64,000 nucleotides of DNA from contig CAZVYZ010000005.1 in assembly GCA_964630695.1 (NCBI GenBank), positions 2,487 to 66,486 on the forward strand, in the 5' to 3' direction. Shown here in pieces: positions 30,708-39,510 of the stretch. A program made the position numbers and the translations under genes. The notes beneath the pieces are model-generated. The model searched no databases. It was not told the origin of the DNA and worked only from the letters and a program-made list of their open reading frames with translations. Source of the stretch: an uncultured Ruminococcus sp. (GTDB lineage Bacteria > Bacillota > Clostridia > Oscillospirales > CAG-272). How positions within the stretch are numbered: the stretch's first letter is position 1; each line of letters opens with the position of its first letter.

Positions 30708-31235
30708 ATGGACGAAAAGGCAATTCTGGAGTGTATGGAGACCCGACGTTCGGTCCGCGCGTACCTGCCCGACGCAGTGCCGGAAGAAAAACTGGACCGC
30801 ATTCTCCGCGCGGGACTCTACGCGGCAAGCGGAATGGGGTGGCAAAGCGCGATGATTCTTTGCGTGACCGACAAGACTTTGCGTGACCGCCTGATGCGGA
30901 TGAATGCGGCAGTTATGGGCATTCCCGACAAGGACCCGTTCTACGGCGCGCCTTGCGTGTTGGTCGTGCTGGCGGACCGCAGTGTTCCCACGCATGTGTA
31001 TGACGGCAGTTTGGTTCTCGGAAACATGATGCTTGCCGCGCATGCGGAGGGTCTGGGGAGTTGTTGGATTCACCGCGCCCGCGAGGAGTTCGATTCGGAC
31101 GAGGGAAAAGCGATTCTGCGTGACCTCGGTATCGATGGGGACTATGAGGGAATCGGACACCTGATAATCGGTTATACGGACGGTGCGGAGCCGGAAGCGA
31201 AGCCGAGACGCGAGGGACGGGTATATCACATCTGA
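30708..31235 (+). CDS. Nitroreductase family protein
   Basis: ETRRSVRAY, YAASGMGWQ, PFYGAP, MMLAAHAEGLGSCWI. Confidence 0.92.
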   Translation: MDEKAILECMETRRSVRAYLPDAVPEEKLDRILRAGLYAASGMGWQSAMILCVTDKTLRDRLMRMNAAVMGIPDKDPFYGAPCVLVVLADRSVPTHVYDGSLVLGNMMLAAHAEGLGSCWIHRAREEFDSDEGKAILRDLGIDGDYEGIGHLIIGYTDGAEPEAKPRREGRVYHI

Positions 31236-31258
31236 TTTTTTACCGGAGAAACGCATAT

Positions 31259-31777
31259 ATGAAAGAGAATAAGAAGTTGATTGGAGAAATCGTCAAGGAT
31301 ATCCGGCATGACATGACCGACGAAGAGGTTCTGGCATTGCTTGCGGGAAGCCGCGTGGCGGTCAATACCGAAAAGGAAGCGAAGCGGTCATATTCCGTCG
31401 GACAGCGTGCGGCAGATGCGATTGCGAAATTTGCGGGAAGTTGGGCGTTTATCTTCTCCTTTGTCGGTGTGCTGGTCGGTTGGATGGTGCTGAATATCCT
31501 GCTTGCGGCGGGGGCATTTGACCCGTACCCGTTTATTCTGCTGAATCTGGTGCTTTCCTGCGTTGCCGCCATTCAGGCGCCGCTTATCATGATGAGCCAG
31601 AACAGGCAGGAGGAAAAGGACCGCCGCCGTGCGGAAAACGATTACAAGGTCAATCTCAAGACCGAAATTATGATTGAGGACCTGTACGATAAAGTGAACC
31701 GCATTCTTGCGCGGCAGGAGGAACTCTCAAAGTTGCTTGGCGAACAGGCAGAGGAAAAAAAGCATGAAGGCAAATGA
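31259..31777 (+). CDS. DUF1003 membrane protein
   Basis: GQRAADAIAKFAGSW, FDPYPFILLNL, QAPLIMMSQNRQ. Confidence 0.9.
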   Translation: MKENKKLIGEIVKDIRHDMTDEEVLALLAGSRVAVNTEKEAKRSYSVGQRAADAIAKFAGSWAFIFSFVGVLVGWMVLNILLAAGAFDPYPFILLNLVLSCVAAIQAPLIMMSQNRQEEKDRRRAENDYKVNLKTEIMIEDLYDKVNRILARQEELSKLLGEQAEEKKHEGK

Positions 31778-32840
31778 GACTGCACTCCTGTCAGGGGAGG
31801 CGGTGGAAGCCCTGCTTGCTTGGTATACCGCCAACCGACGGGACCTGCCGTGGCGCAGGACGAGCGACCCTTATCGCATCTGGGTTTCGGAAATTATGCT
31901 GCAACAGACCCGCGTGGAGGCGGTCAAGCGCTATTACGAGCGCTTTCTCGGGGCGTTCGGAGACGTCGCCGCGCTCGCGAATGCACCCGAGGAGCAACTT
32001 CTGAAACTCTGGGAGGGACTGGGATATTACAGCCGTGCGCGGAATCTGCAAAAAGCGGCAAAGGTCATTGTATCGGAGTACGGCGGCAGGATGCCGGCGG
32101 ATGTGGCTGCTCTGCGCGCGCTTCCCGGGATTGGGGACTACACGGCGGGGGCAATCGCCTCCATTGCGTTCGGGCTTCCCGAACCTGCCGTGGATGGGAA
32201 TCTGTTGCGGGTTCTCTCCCGCTTTGACGCTTGCACGGATGACATCACGCTTCCCGCAGTCAAAAAGGCGTGGGGGGAGCGGTTGCGTTCCTCGGTCCCG
32301 ACCGAACCGTCGCGCGCCGCCGCGTTTACACAGGCGATGATTGAACTGGGCGCAACGGTATGCGTTCCGAACGGTGTGGCACGGTGCGGAGATTGTCCGT
32401 TTGCGCCGTGGTGTCGCGCCAAAGCGGAGGATCTGACCGATGCATTGCCCGTCAAGGGGGAAAAGCGCCCCCGCAGAATCGAGGACAAGACCGTCCTGCT
32501 GATTCGCGACGGCGAGCGGACCGCTCTGCACAAGCGCCCCGATAAGGGGCTGTTGGCAGGGTTATATGAGTTGCCGAATGTCGCAGGGCATCTGGATGCG
32601 GACCGCGTGACCGAATTGGTCCGAAGTTACGGGTTTGAGCCGTTGCGCGTGACACGCGCCGAGGACGCAAAGCACATTTTCACGCATATTGAGTGGCATA
32701 TGATTGCGTATGACGTGCGGATTGCCGCCGAAGAGGAGGGTTTTCATAAAAAATCAGGGCTGACTTTGGTCGGACAGCGGGAACTGCACGAGCAGTACGC
32801 GATTCCATCAGCATTTTCCGCATATACGAAATATCTTTGA
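31764..32840 (+). CDS. mutY: A/G-specific adenine glycosylase
   Basis: RRDLPWR, WVSEIMLQQT, WEGLGYYSRARN, LPGIGDYTAGAI, VDGN, CxxxxxxCxxCxxxxxC Fe-S motif. Confidence 0.96.
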   Translation: MKANETALLSGEAVEALLAWYTANRRDLPWRRTSDPYRIWVSEIMLQQTRVEAVKRYYERFLGAFGDVAALANAPEEQLLKLWEGLGYYSRARNLQKAAKVIVSEYGGRMPADVAALRALPGIGDYTAGAIASIAFGLPEPAVDGNLLRVLSRFDACTDDITLPAVKKAWGERLRSSVPTEPSRAAAFTQAMIELGATVCVPNGVARCGDCPFAPWCRAKAEDLTDALPVKGEKRPRRIEDKTVLLIRDGERTALHKRPDKGLLAGLYELPNVAGHLDADRVTELVRSYGFEPLRVTRAEDAKHIFTHIEWHMIAYDVRIAAEEEGFHKKSGLTLVGQRELHEQYAIPSAFSAYTKYL

Positions 32841-32903
32841 GGGGTTGCAATTCGGCGCGTGTTGTGCTATAATAGATGTAGTTATGAAAACGGAGGCTTG
32901 CAG

Positions 32904-33869
32904 ATGAAGCATGTATTTATTCTGAATCCCGCGGCGGGACGCATCAACTCGTTCGAGACCATTGAGGCAGAGTTGAAGCAGGTCTATGCGGCGGGTGGAT
33001 TGGATTACCTGATTTATAAGACCAAAGCACCCGGGGATGCGACTGCCTACATCCGCGACTATTGCCGCGAGAACGCGGAGCCTGTTCGCTTCTATGCCTG
33101 CGGAGGAGACGGGACGCTGAACGAGGTCGTCAACGGTGCGGTCGGCTTTCCGCAGGCGTCGGTTGGGTGCTATCCCTGCGGCTCGGGAAATGATTTCGTC
33201 AAATACTACGGCGGGAAACAGCATTTTTTGAACTTGCAGGCGCAGATTGACGCAACCGAGCAGAGCATTGACCTGATTCGGGTCGGGAACCGATACGCAA
33301 TCAATGCGGCGCACTTCGGGTTTGACTCCTATGTGGCGAAAACCATGATGAATATCCGCCGAAAGAAGTTGATTGGCGGAAAGAACGCCTATACATCAAG
33401 CGTGATAGCCGCGCTTTTCAAGGGGATGAAGAACAAGTGCCGCGTGACGGTGGACGGAAAACTGCTCAATCCCTCGGATAAGATTCTGCTTTGCACGGTT
33501 GCAAACGGGCAGTATGTGGGCGGTTCTTTCCGTTGTGCGCCGCGTTCGGTGGACTGTGACGGGCTTTTGGAGGTCTGTCTGGTCCGTCCCGTTTCGCGTA
33601 TCAAATTCATGCAGTTGATTAAGGATTACACCAACGGAACGCATCTGGAGAATCCGAAATTCGACGGCATTCTGGAGTATTGTCGCGGACGGCGGGTTGA
33701 CGTGGAAGCGCCGGACGGTTTTATCTATTCCTTTGACGGCGAGTTGGTGACGCAGAGCCAATTCACCATTGAGGTTGCGCATCGTGTGATTCGGTTTGCG
33801 GTCCCGTGGGGGGCGAAGCCGATTGTTGACCCCAAATACATCACACCCGAAGAGCCGGTGGAGGTTTAA
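32904..33869 (+). CDS. Diacylglycerol/lipid kinase family protein (YegS-like)
   Basis: ILNPAAG, CGGDGTLNE, GSGNDF, NGQYVGG, DGE. Confidence 0.9.
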   Translation: MKHVFILNPAAGRINSFETIEAELKQVYAAGGLDYLIYKTKAPGDATAYIRDYCRENAEPVRFYACGGDGTLNEVVNGAVGFPQASVGCYPCGSGNDFVKYYGGKQHFLNLQAQIDATEQSIDLIRVGNRYAINAAHFGFDSYVAKTMMNIRRKKLIGGKNAYTSSVIAALFKGMKNKCRVTVDGKLLNPSDKILLCTVANGQYVGGSFRCAPRSVDCDGLLEVCLVRPVSRIKFMQLIKDYTNGTHLENPKFDGILEYCRGRRVDVEAPDGFIYSFDGELVTQSQFTIEVAHRVIRFAVPWGAKPIVDPKYITPEEPVEV

Positions 33870-33887
33870 GCCCTTCATTCCAAAGCA

Positions 33888-33928
33888 TACCAAAAGGGCG
33901 CGGAAAAATTCCGCGCCCTTTTGGTATT
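33888..33928. terminator. Bidirectional terminator between the lipid kinase and the permease
   Basis: ataccaaaagggcgcgga-aaaat-tccgcgcccttttggtat perfect inverted repeat. Confidence 0.8.
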
Positions 33929-33957
33929 TTTCAGATTTGCATTTTGTAACTGTTAAT

Positions 33958-35316
33958 TCAGTCTTTCTTCTCTTTTGCGAGAACGATGTTTGCCACGATG
34001 CCGAGAATCAGCGCACAGGCAACCTCAGTCAGGGTTACCTTGCCGAAAGTCAGCGTCATGCCGCCGATGCCCGCAATCAGGATGATGGAAGTCACGAACA
34101 GGTTGCGGTTCTTCTCAAGGTCGACTTTCTGAATCATTTTCAGACCCGAGACTGCGATGAATCCGTAGAGCGCAACGCACACACCGCCCATCACGCAGGC
34201 AGGAATGGAAGCGAGGAATGCAACGAACGGGGAGAAGAACGAGATGACGATGCAGAGGATTGCCGCAAGTCCGATGGTGCTGGTCGAAGCGTTGCCGGTG
34301 ATTGCCACGCAACCGACCGACTCACCGTAGGTGGTGTTCGGGCAACCGCCGAAGAATGCGCCTGCCATGGAGCCGACACCGTCACCGAGCAGGGTGCGAT
34401 GCAGACCGGGATTTTCAAGCAGGTCACTGCCGATGACCGAAGAAAGGTTCTTGTGATCGGCGAGGTGTTCCGCAAAGACCACGAACGCAACGGGGATGTA
34501 GGCAACCGCAACGGTGCCGATGTAACTCGGGTTGTCCGCAAGTGCCTTGAAGCCGCCGTCAAATGCGGTCAGGAACGTGAAATCGGGGAGTGCGATAAAG
34601 GTTTTGACGCTCACACCGCCTTTGGCAAGCTCTGTGAACGGTTCGAAGTTGATGATTTTCATGGCTTCCACGTCAGCCGCAATTCCAATCAGGGTCAGGA
34701 CCAGAGCCAGCGCGTAGCCGCAGAGGATACCGATGATGAACGGAATCAGTTTGAGTTGCTTGGAGCCGTAGGTGGAAACCAGCATGGTAACGAACAGGGT
34801 TACCAGACCGCAGAGAACCGCAAGGTAACTGACGGGGTTTTTCGCATCGGACGTATTGGTGGTCAACTGTGTGATTGCGTTACCCGCAAGCGACAGACCG
34901 ATGATTGCAACGGTAGGACCGATCACAACCGCAGGCATCAGTTTGGTAATCCACTTGACACCGACTTTTTTGACGACCAGTGCAATGACGACATACACAA
35001 GTCCCGCAAAGACCGCGCCGATAATCAGACCGAGGTAACCGAGCGCCATGGAAACGCCGCCCGCGAATGCTGCGGACATCGAGCCGATGAACGCGAACGA
35101 GGAGCCGAGGTACACGGGGCTTCTGAACTTGGTAAAGAGCAGGTATACGAGCGTTCCCACACCCGCGCCGAACATTGCCGCCGCGGCGGTCATGCCGTTT
35201 CCGACAATTGCCGGCACCGCGATGGTTGCCGCCATGATTGCCAACACCTGTTGGAACGCGTAGACGAGATTCTGCTTGAACTTCGGTCGTTCATTTACCT
35301 TGTAAATGAGCTGCAT
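33958..35316 (-). CDS. Uracil/xanthine permease (NCS2, UraA/PyrP-like)
   Basis: QQVLAI..ATI.VP, PVYLGSSFAFI, AEHLADH, LLGDG, PNTTYGES, LYGFIAVSG. Confidence 0.92.
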   Translation of the reverse strand: MQLIYKVNERPKFKQNLVYAFQQVLAIMAATIAVPAIVGNGMTAAAAMFGAGVGTLVYLLFTKFRSPVYLGSSFAFIGSMSAAFAGGVSMALGYLGLIIGAVFAGLVYVVIALVVKKVGVKWITKLMPAVVIGPTVAIIGLSLAGNAITQLTTNTSDAKNPVSYLAVLCGLVTLFVTMLVSTYGSKQLKLIPFIIGILCGYALALVLTLIGIAADVEAMKIINFEPFTELAKGGVSVKTFIALPDFTFLTAFDGGFKALADNPSYIGTVAVAYIPVAFVVFAEHLADHKNLSSVIGSDLLENPGLHRTLLGDGVGSMAGAFFGGCPNTTYGESVGCVAITGNASTSTIGLAAILCIVISFFSPFVAFLASIPACVMGGVCVALYGFIAVSGLKMIQKVDLEKNRNLFVTSIILIAGIGGMTLTFGKVTLTEVACALILGIVANIVLAKEKKD

Positions 35317-35497
35317 TGTTTGATCCTCCCGAATCATTTTATTTATCCGCACGGTCGGTGACCGCAAAGACCAAAAGAAAAAGCCGTCGGGGAACACGGA
35401 TGCCAAAAAGCATAGGTTCGCCGGCAGGCTACAGGTACAGCAACAAAGGGTATTCAGTTCTGTCACATACGCATCTGCCGTTTGTGTTCCGACCGTA

Positions 35498-35526
35498 AGT
35501 ATACCATATTTTCCGCCTTTTGTAAA
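35498..35526 (-). promoter_or_regulatory. Sigma-A promoter of the permease, giving a ~175-nt leader
   Basis: Minus strand TTTACA-N17-TATACT. Confidence 0.7.
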
Positions 35527-35693
35527 CCCCTTTTTCAAAAAAAAATCACATTCCCGTCAATTTATCCTTTTTTTACAATTGTCAGGTCGAAAAAGAGAAA
35601 AGAAACGGTGATTTCGACGGATACTGTCGGTACCGCTTGACTTTTGCCGCCGGGTGTGTTATAATGATAACTCGGAAAGAAAGCGGGTGTTTT

Positions 35694-36428
35694 ATGAAGT
35701 CTTCTGTATCGCCGTATCGGTATCGGGACGGTTTGCGCGATGGATTTTCCATCGCGCTCGGCTATTTTTCGGTTTCGTTCGGCTTCGGTATTTCCGCCGT
35801 CGGGCAGGGATTGCGGGCATTGGAAGCGGTTCTCATCTCCATGACCAATCTGACCTCGGCAGGGCAGGTCGCGGGTGTGGCGGTCATTGCCGCAGGCGGG
35901 ACCGTCATTGAAATGATGCTGACTCAACTGGTCATCAATCTGCGCTATGCGCTGATGGGAATTTCCCTGACTCAGCGACTTGACGACCGCGCAAGACCCG
36001 TTTGGCGGCGGATGTTGCTTTGCTGTGCGCTCACGGATGAGATATTTGCGGTCGCCATGACAAAACCCGATTCCGTCGGCCCGTCCTATATCCGCGGTGT
36101 GCTGACTCTGCCGTACATCGGTTGGACCTGCGGGACTCTGCTCGGTGCTGTGGTTGGCTCTGTCCTGCCCGAAAGACTGGAAGCGGCGCTCGGCATCATG
36201 ATTTACGCCATGTTTCTGGCAATCATTGTGCCGCCCATGCGTCGGGAACGCGGCATTTGTCTCGTGGTCGCGTTGGCGGCGTGCTTCCGTTGCATGATGA
36301 CCTATATTCCGCCGTTGTCGCGCGTCTCGGAGGGATTTGCCATCATTCTTTGTGCGGTTTCTGCGGCGCTGATTGTTTCGGCGTTCTGTCCTGCCGCGGG
36401 AGAGGAGGAAAACCGTGATTCCGACTGA
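35694..36428 (+). CDS. azlC: AzlC-family branched-chain amino acid exporter subunit
   Basis: GYFSVSFGFG, SAGQVAG, INLRYALM, LTDEIFAVA, YIGWTCGT. Confidence 0.9.
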   Translation: MKSSVSPYRYRDGLRDGFSIALGYFSVSFGFGISAVGQGLRALEAVLISMTNLTSAGQVAGVAVIAAGGTVIEMMLTQLVINLRYALMGISLTQRLDDRARPVWRRMLLCCALTDEIFAVAMTKPDSVGPSYIRGVLTLPYIGWTCGTLLGAVVGSVLPERLEAALGIMIYAMFLAIIVPPMRRERGICLVVALAACFRCMMTYIPPLSRVSEGFAIILCAVSAALIVSAFCPAAGEEENRDSD

Positions 36429-36726
36429 ACGTCTCCTGCTCGGTATTGTAATGGCGCTGACGACCTATCTGGTGCGGATGATTCCGATGACCCTGTTCCG
36501 CAAGGACATCCAATCACGCTTTGCGAAACGGTTCTTTCATTATATACCTTATGCGGTCCTTGCGGCAATGCTGATTCCCGCCGTGTTTTCGTCCACGGGG
36601 ACGCTTCTGACCGCAATCGCGGGCATCGCGGTCGGGCTTGTGCTGTCCTTTTGGGGACAGTCGCTCATCGTGGTTGCACTCGTTTCCGCGCTTGCCTCCT
36701 ATCTTGTCTCATTTCTGCTGTTCTAA
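36415..36726 (+). CDS. azlD: AzlD-family protein
   Basis: MALTTYLVRMIP, YIPYAVLAAMLIP; overlaps the end of azlC. Confidence 0.88.
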   Translation: MIPTERLLLGIVMALTTYLVRMIPMTLFRKDIQSRFAKRFFHYIPYAVLAAMLIPAVFSSTGTLLTAIAGIAVGLVLSFWGQSLIVVALVSALASYLVSFLLF

Positions 36727-36749
36727 AATCGGAAACCCTCCCATATACT
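36721..36749 (+). promoter_or_regulatory. Putative sigma-E promoter of spoIVA
   Basis: TTCTAAA-N14-CATATACT. Confidence 0.55.
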
Positions 36750-36784
36750 GTACCAACATCGGAACAGTTATGGGAGGTTTTTGT

Positions 36785-38263
36785 ATGCCTGATTATTCCA
36801 TCTACAAGGACATTGCCGAGCGGACAGGCGGCGACATTTACGTCGGCGTGGTTGGTCCGGTCCGCAGTGGGAAATCCACATTCATCAAGCGGTTCATGGA
36901 GGCGGTGGTCCTGCCGAATATCGGCACAGGCTACTCCCGTGACCGCGCAAGAGACGAACTCCCGCAGTCGGCGGCGGGGAAAACGGTTATGACGACCGAG
37001 CCGAAATTCATTCCCGAAGAGGCGGTTCCCGTCACGTTGGACGGAAATGCCGCTCTGCGCGTGCGGATGATTGACTGCGTGGGGTATCTGGTCCCCGAGG
37101 CGATGGGCGCTTTGGAGAACGGTCAGCCCCGCATGGTCCGTACACCGTGGCAGGAGGAGCCGATGCCATTTGCCGAAGCCGCCGAAATGGGAACAAAAAA
37201 GGTCATCACGGAGCATTCAACCATCGGAATGCTCGTCACAACCGACGGTACCATCGGCGAAATTCCGCGCGCTTCCTATGTGGAAGCGGAGGAGCGCATC
37301 GTGCGCGAACTGAAAGAAATCGGGAAACCGTTTGCGGTGGTTCTCAATTCCGCTGACCCTGCGGGCGAGGCGGCGCACGCTCTGGCGCACGAACTGGAGG
37401 AAAAATACGGTGTTCCCGTGGCGCTTGTCAACTGTCTGGAGTTGGACGCGGAGGACATCCGTCAGATTCTCGGGTTGGTGTTGGAGGAATTCCCCGTTTG
37501 TGAAGTGACGGTAAAGTTGCCGGAATGGACCACCGCGCTGAATGCCTCGCATCGCATCCGCACTTCTCTGACCGGCTCGCTCTGTGCCTGCGCGGGGAAT
37601 GTGACCCGCATGGGGGATGTCCGTGCGGCATACGAGGCACTGGCGGAAAACGAATATGTGGGGAGCGTTGCGGTCAATCGCTTGGATATGGGAACCGGCA
37701 AGGCGGAGATTTCCCTCGGACTGCGGGACGGACTGTACTATGAGGTCATCAGCGAGATGACGGGACTGACGATTGACGGCGAGTGCGCGCTGATTGAGCA
37801 ACTCCGCGAATTGGCGCAGACGAAGAAGCAATACGACCGTGTTGCCGAGGCGCTCCGTCAGGTCAACGATGGTGGGTACGGAATCGTCATGCCCGAGGTG
37901 GAGGACCTGCGTCTGGAGGAACCGAAGATTGTCAAGCAGGCGGGCGGCTACGGTGTGAAATTGCGTGCGGCGGCGCAGTCAATCCACATGATTCGTGCGA
38001 ACATCGAGACCGAAATCAGTCCGATGGTCGGGACCGAACAGCAATCCGAGGATATGGTCAAGTACCTGCTGAAAGAATTTGAGGAGGACCCGCGCAGCAT
38101 CTGGGGGTCGAATATGTTCGGAAAATCGCTGTATGAGTTGGTCAACGAGGGGCTGCACACCAAACTGGAGCATATGCCGGATGAGTCGCGCAAAAAACTC
38201 TCCGAAACACTGGAACGTATCATCAACGAGGGCAGCAACGGCTTAATCTGCATTCTGCTCTGA
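36785..38263 (+). CDS. spoIVA: Stage IV sporulation protein A
   Basis: DIAERTGGDIYVGVVGPVRSGKSTFIKRF, DELPQS, MTTEPKF, C-terminal IINEGSNGLICILL. Confidence 0.97.
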   Translation: MPDYSIYKDIAERTGGDIYVGVVGPVRSGKSTFIKRFMEAVVLPNIGTGYSRDRARDELPQSAAGKTVMTTEPKFIPEEAVPVTLDGNAALRVRMIDCVGYLVPEAMGALENGQPRMVRTPWQEEPMPFAEAAEMGTKKVITEHSTIGMLVTTDGTIGEIPRASYVEAEERIVRELKEIGKPFAVVLNSADPAGEAAHALAHELEEKYGVPVALVNCLELDAEDIRQILGLVLEEFPVCEVTVKLPEWTTALNASHRIRTSLTGSLCACAGNVTRMGDVRAAYEALAENEYVGSVAVNRLDMGTGKAEISLGLRDGLYYEVISEMTGLTIDGECALIEQLRELAQTKKQYDRVAEALRQVNDGGYGIVMPEVEDLRLEEPKIVKQAGGYGVKLRAAAQSIHMIRANIETEISPMVGTEQQSEDMVKYLLKEFEEDPRSIWGSNMFGKSLYELVNEGLHTKLEHMPDESRKKLSETLERIINEGSNGLICILL

Positions 38264-38353
38264 CCGATTCTCCCGCTGTGTTTCTCCCACACCTTGACAA
38301 AATCCGTCATTGGGTGTATAATAGGGAAGAAAACACAGCGGGAGATGATTTTT

Positions 38354-38881
38354 ATGGCACATCCGTTCCGACATTTCCGGACCATCACAAGGCACCGCCA
38401 CAAGGTGATTGCGCACTGCTTCCGTGCAGGCATCGGTTGGCAGGGGTTGTTTCACGACCTTTCCAAATATTCGCCGACCGAGTTTTGGGCGGGGGCAAAA
38501 TACTATCAAGGGACCCGCAGTCCGAACGAGCGGGAGCGCGAGGAAAAGGGCTATTCTGCGGCGTGGATGCACCACAAGGGGCGGAATCGGCACCATTTTG
38601 AGTATTGGACTGACCTGAACATGCAGACGAAGCGCTACGAGCCTGTGAAAATGCCCGTGCGATATGTCAAGGAGATGTTTTGCGACCGTGTTGCGGCGAG
38701 CAAGATTTATCAGGGCAAGAACTACACGGATGCGCACCCGTTGGAGTATTTTCTCCGCGGCAACGCGCGCCAAAAGATGCACCCCGAGACTGCCGACCTT
38801 TTGGAGGACTGGCTTCGTCTCCTCTCCGCCCGCGGTGGGCGCGAGGCATTTCGCCACATTCGTTCGGTGAAGGGGTATTAA
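38354..38881 (+). CDS. DUF5662-family (HD-like) protein
   Basis: HDLSKYSPTEF, AWMHHKGRNRHHFEYW, EMFCDRVAA; own TTGACA-N17-TATAAT promoter at 38294-38322. Confidence 0.85.
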   Translation: MAHPFRHFRTITRHRHKVIAHCFRAGIGWQGLFHDLSKYSPTEFWAGAKYYQGTRSPNEREREEKGYSAAWMHHKGRNRHHFEYWTDLNMQTKRYEPVKMPVRYVKEMFCDRVAASKIYQGKNYTDAHPLEYFLRGNARQKMHPETADLLEDWLRLLSARGGREAFRHIRSVKGY

Positions 38882-38887
38882 GGGTGG

Positions 38888-38974
38888 AAGACCTTGGGGC
38901 GCCGCCCCAAACCCTGCTTAGGAAACTTCTTGAAAGAAGTTTCCTAAGAACTTTCAAGAACTTTAAGCAAGGGG
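38888..38974 (-). repeat. Dispersed palindromic repeat, copy B
   Basis: Reverse complement is near-identical to 23224-23310. Confidence 0.85.
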
Positions 38975-39317
38975 ATTTTTGCTCCTTGCTTTTTGTTGTA
39001 CTGATTCTGATGTAGCCGTTTATGCGCTACGCATTCCGGCTGCTCCCAAGCAAAATCCCGTCAAGCGGGATTTTGACGGCTGTCGCCTCTCTCCCGCTAC
39101 CGGATAGAAAAAGTTCAGGTTAGTTGATGAACGGGGCGGAACGACCCATGTGTCGTTCCGCATCGATTTAATGTTACTTGTTGACTTACAATAGAATCCC
39201 TTACACGGGTGCCGAGATTCCGCCTGTGTAAGGCATACCTATGTAATGCGTCCCGCTCACCAATCGTGCGCGATAGCCGCACTCTGCAAAAACTCTCTAC
39301 CTCCTCAAAACGACAAA

Positions 39318-39397
39318 AACTTCCCCACAAGACCCCGCCACCACGTAAAGCAAACCGAATTTTTGCTCACGTAATGGCGGGGTCTTGTGGGGAAGTT
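39318..39397. repeat. 23-bp perfect inverted repeat
   Basis: aacttccccacaagaccccgcca (39318-39340) pairs with tggcggggtcttgtggggaagtt (39375-39397). Confidence 0.9.
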
Positions 39398-39416
39398 CTC
39401 GGAGGGTAGGGGAGGT

Positions 39417-39508
39417 TTGGAGGGGGAGGGACGCCTCTTTCAAGAGGCGTCCCTCCCCCTCCAAGGTCTTTCTGCGCCTCCAAGGTCTTCCTCCCCCTCC
39501 AAGGTCTT
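39417..39508 (+). repeat. 22-bp perfect stem with TTCA loop followed by a triplicated ccaaggtctt tail (copy D)
   Basis: ttggagggggagggacgcctct-ttca-agaggcgtccctccccctccaa, then cctccaaggtctt repeated. Confidence 0.85.
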
Positions 39509-39510
39509 CT

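Noticed and set aside
35340-35500. PyrR-binding attenuator expected upstream of a uracil permease
   Set aside because: The ARUCCNGNGAGGYU consensus was not found; the leader is reported as unclassified instead.
39115-39330. 71-aa minus-strand ORF with a nearby GAGGAGG, considered as a RAYT/transposase fragment
   Set aside because: No HUH, Y1 or DDE motif, and the sequence is explained by hairpins; not supportable as coding.
38882-39510. Possible CRISPR array or tRNA cluster in the repeat-rich intergenic region
   Set aside because: No regularly spaced identical direct repeats with unique spacers, no cas genes, and no cloverleaf or T-loop (GTTCRA) pattern.
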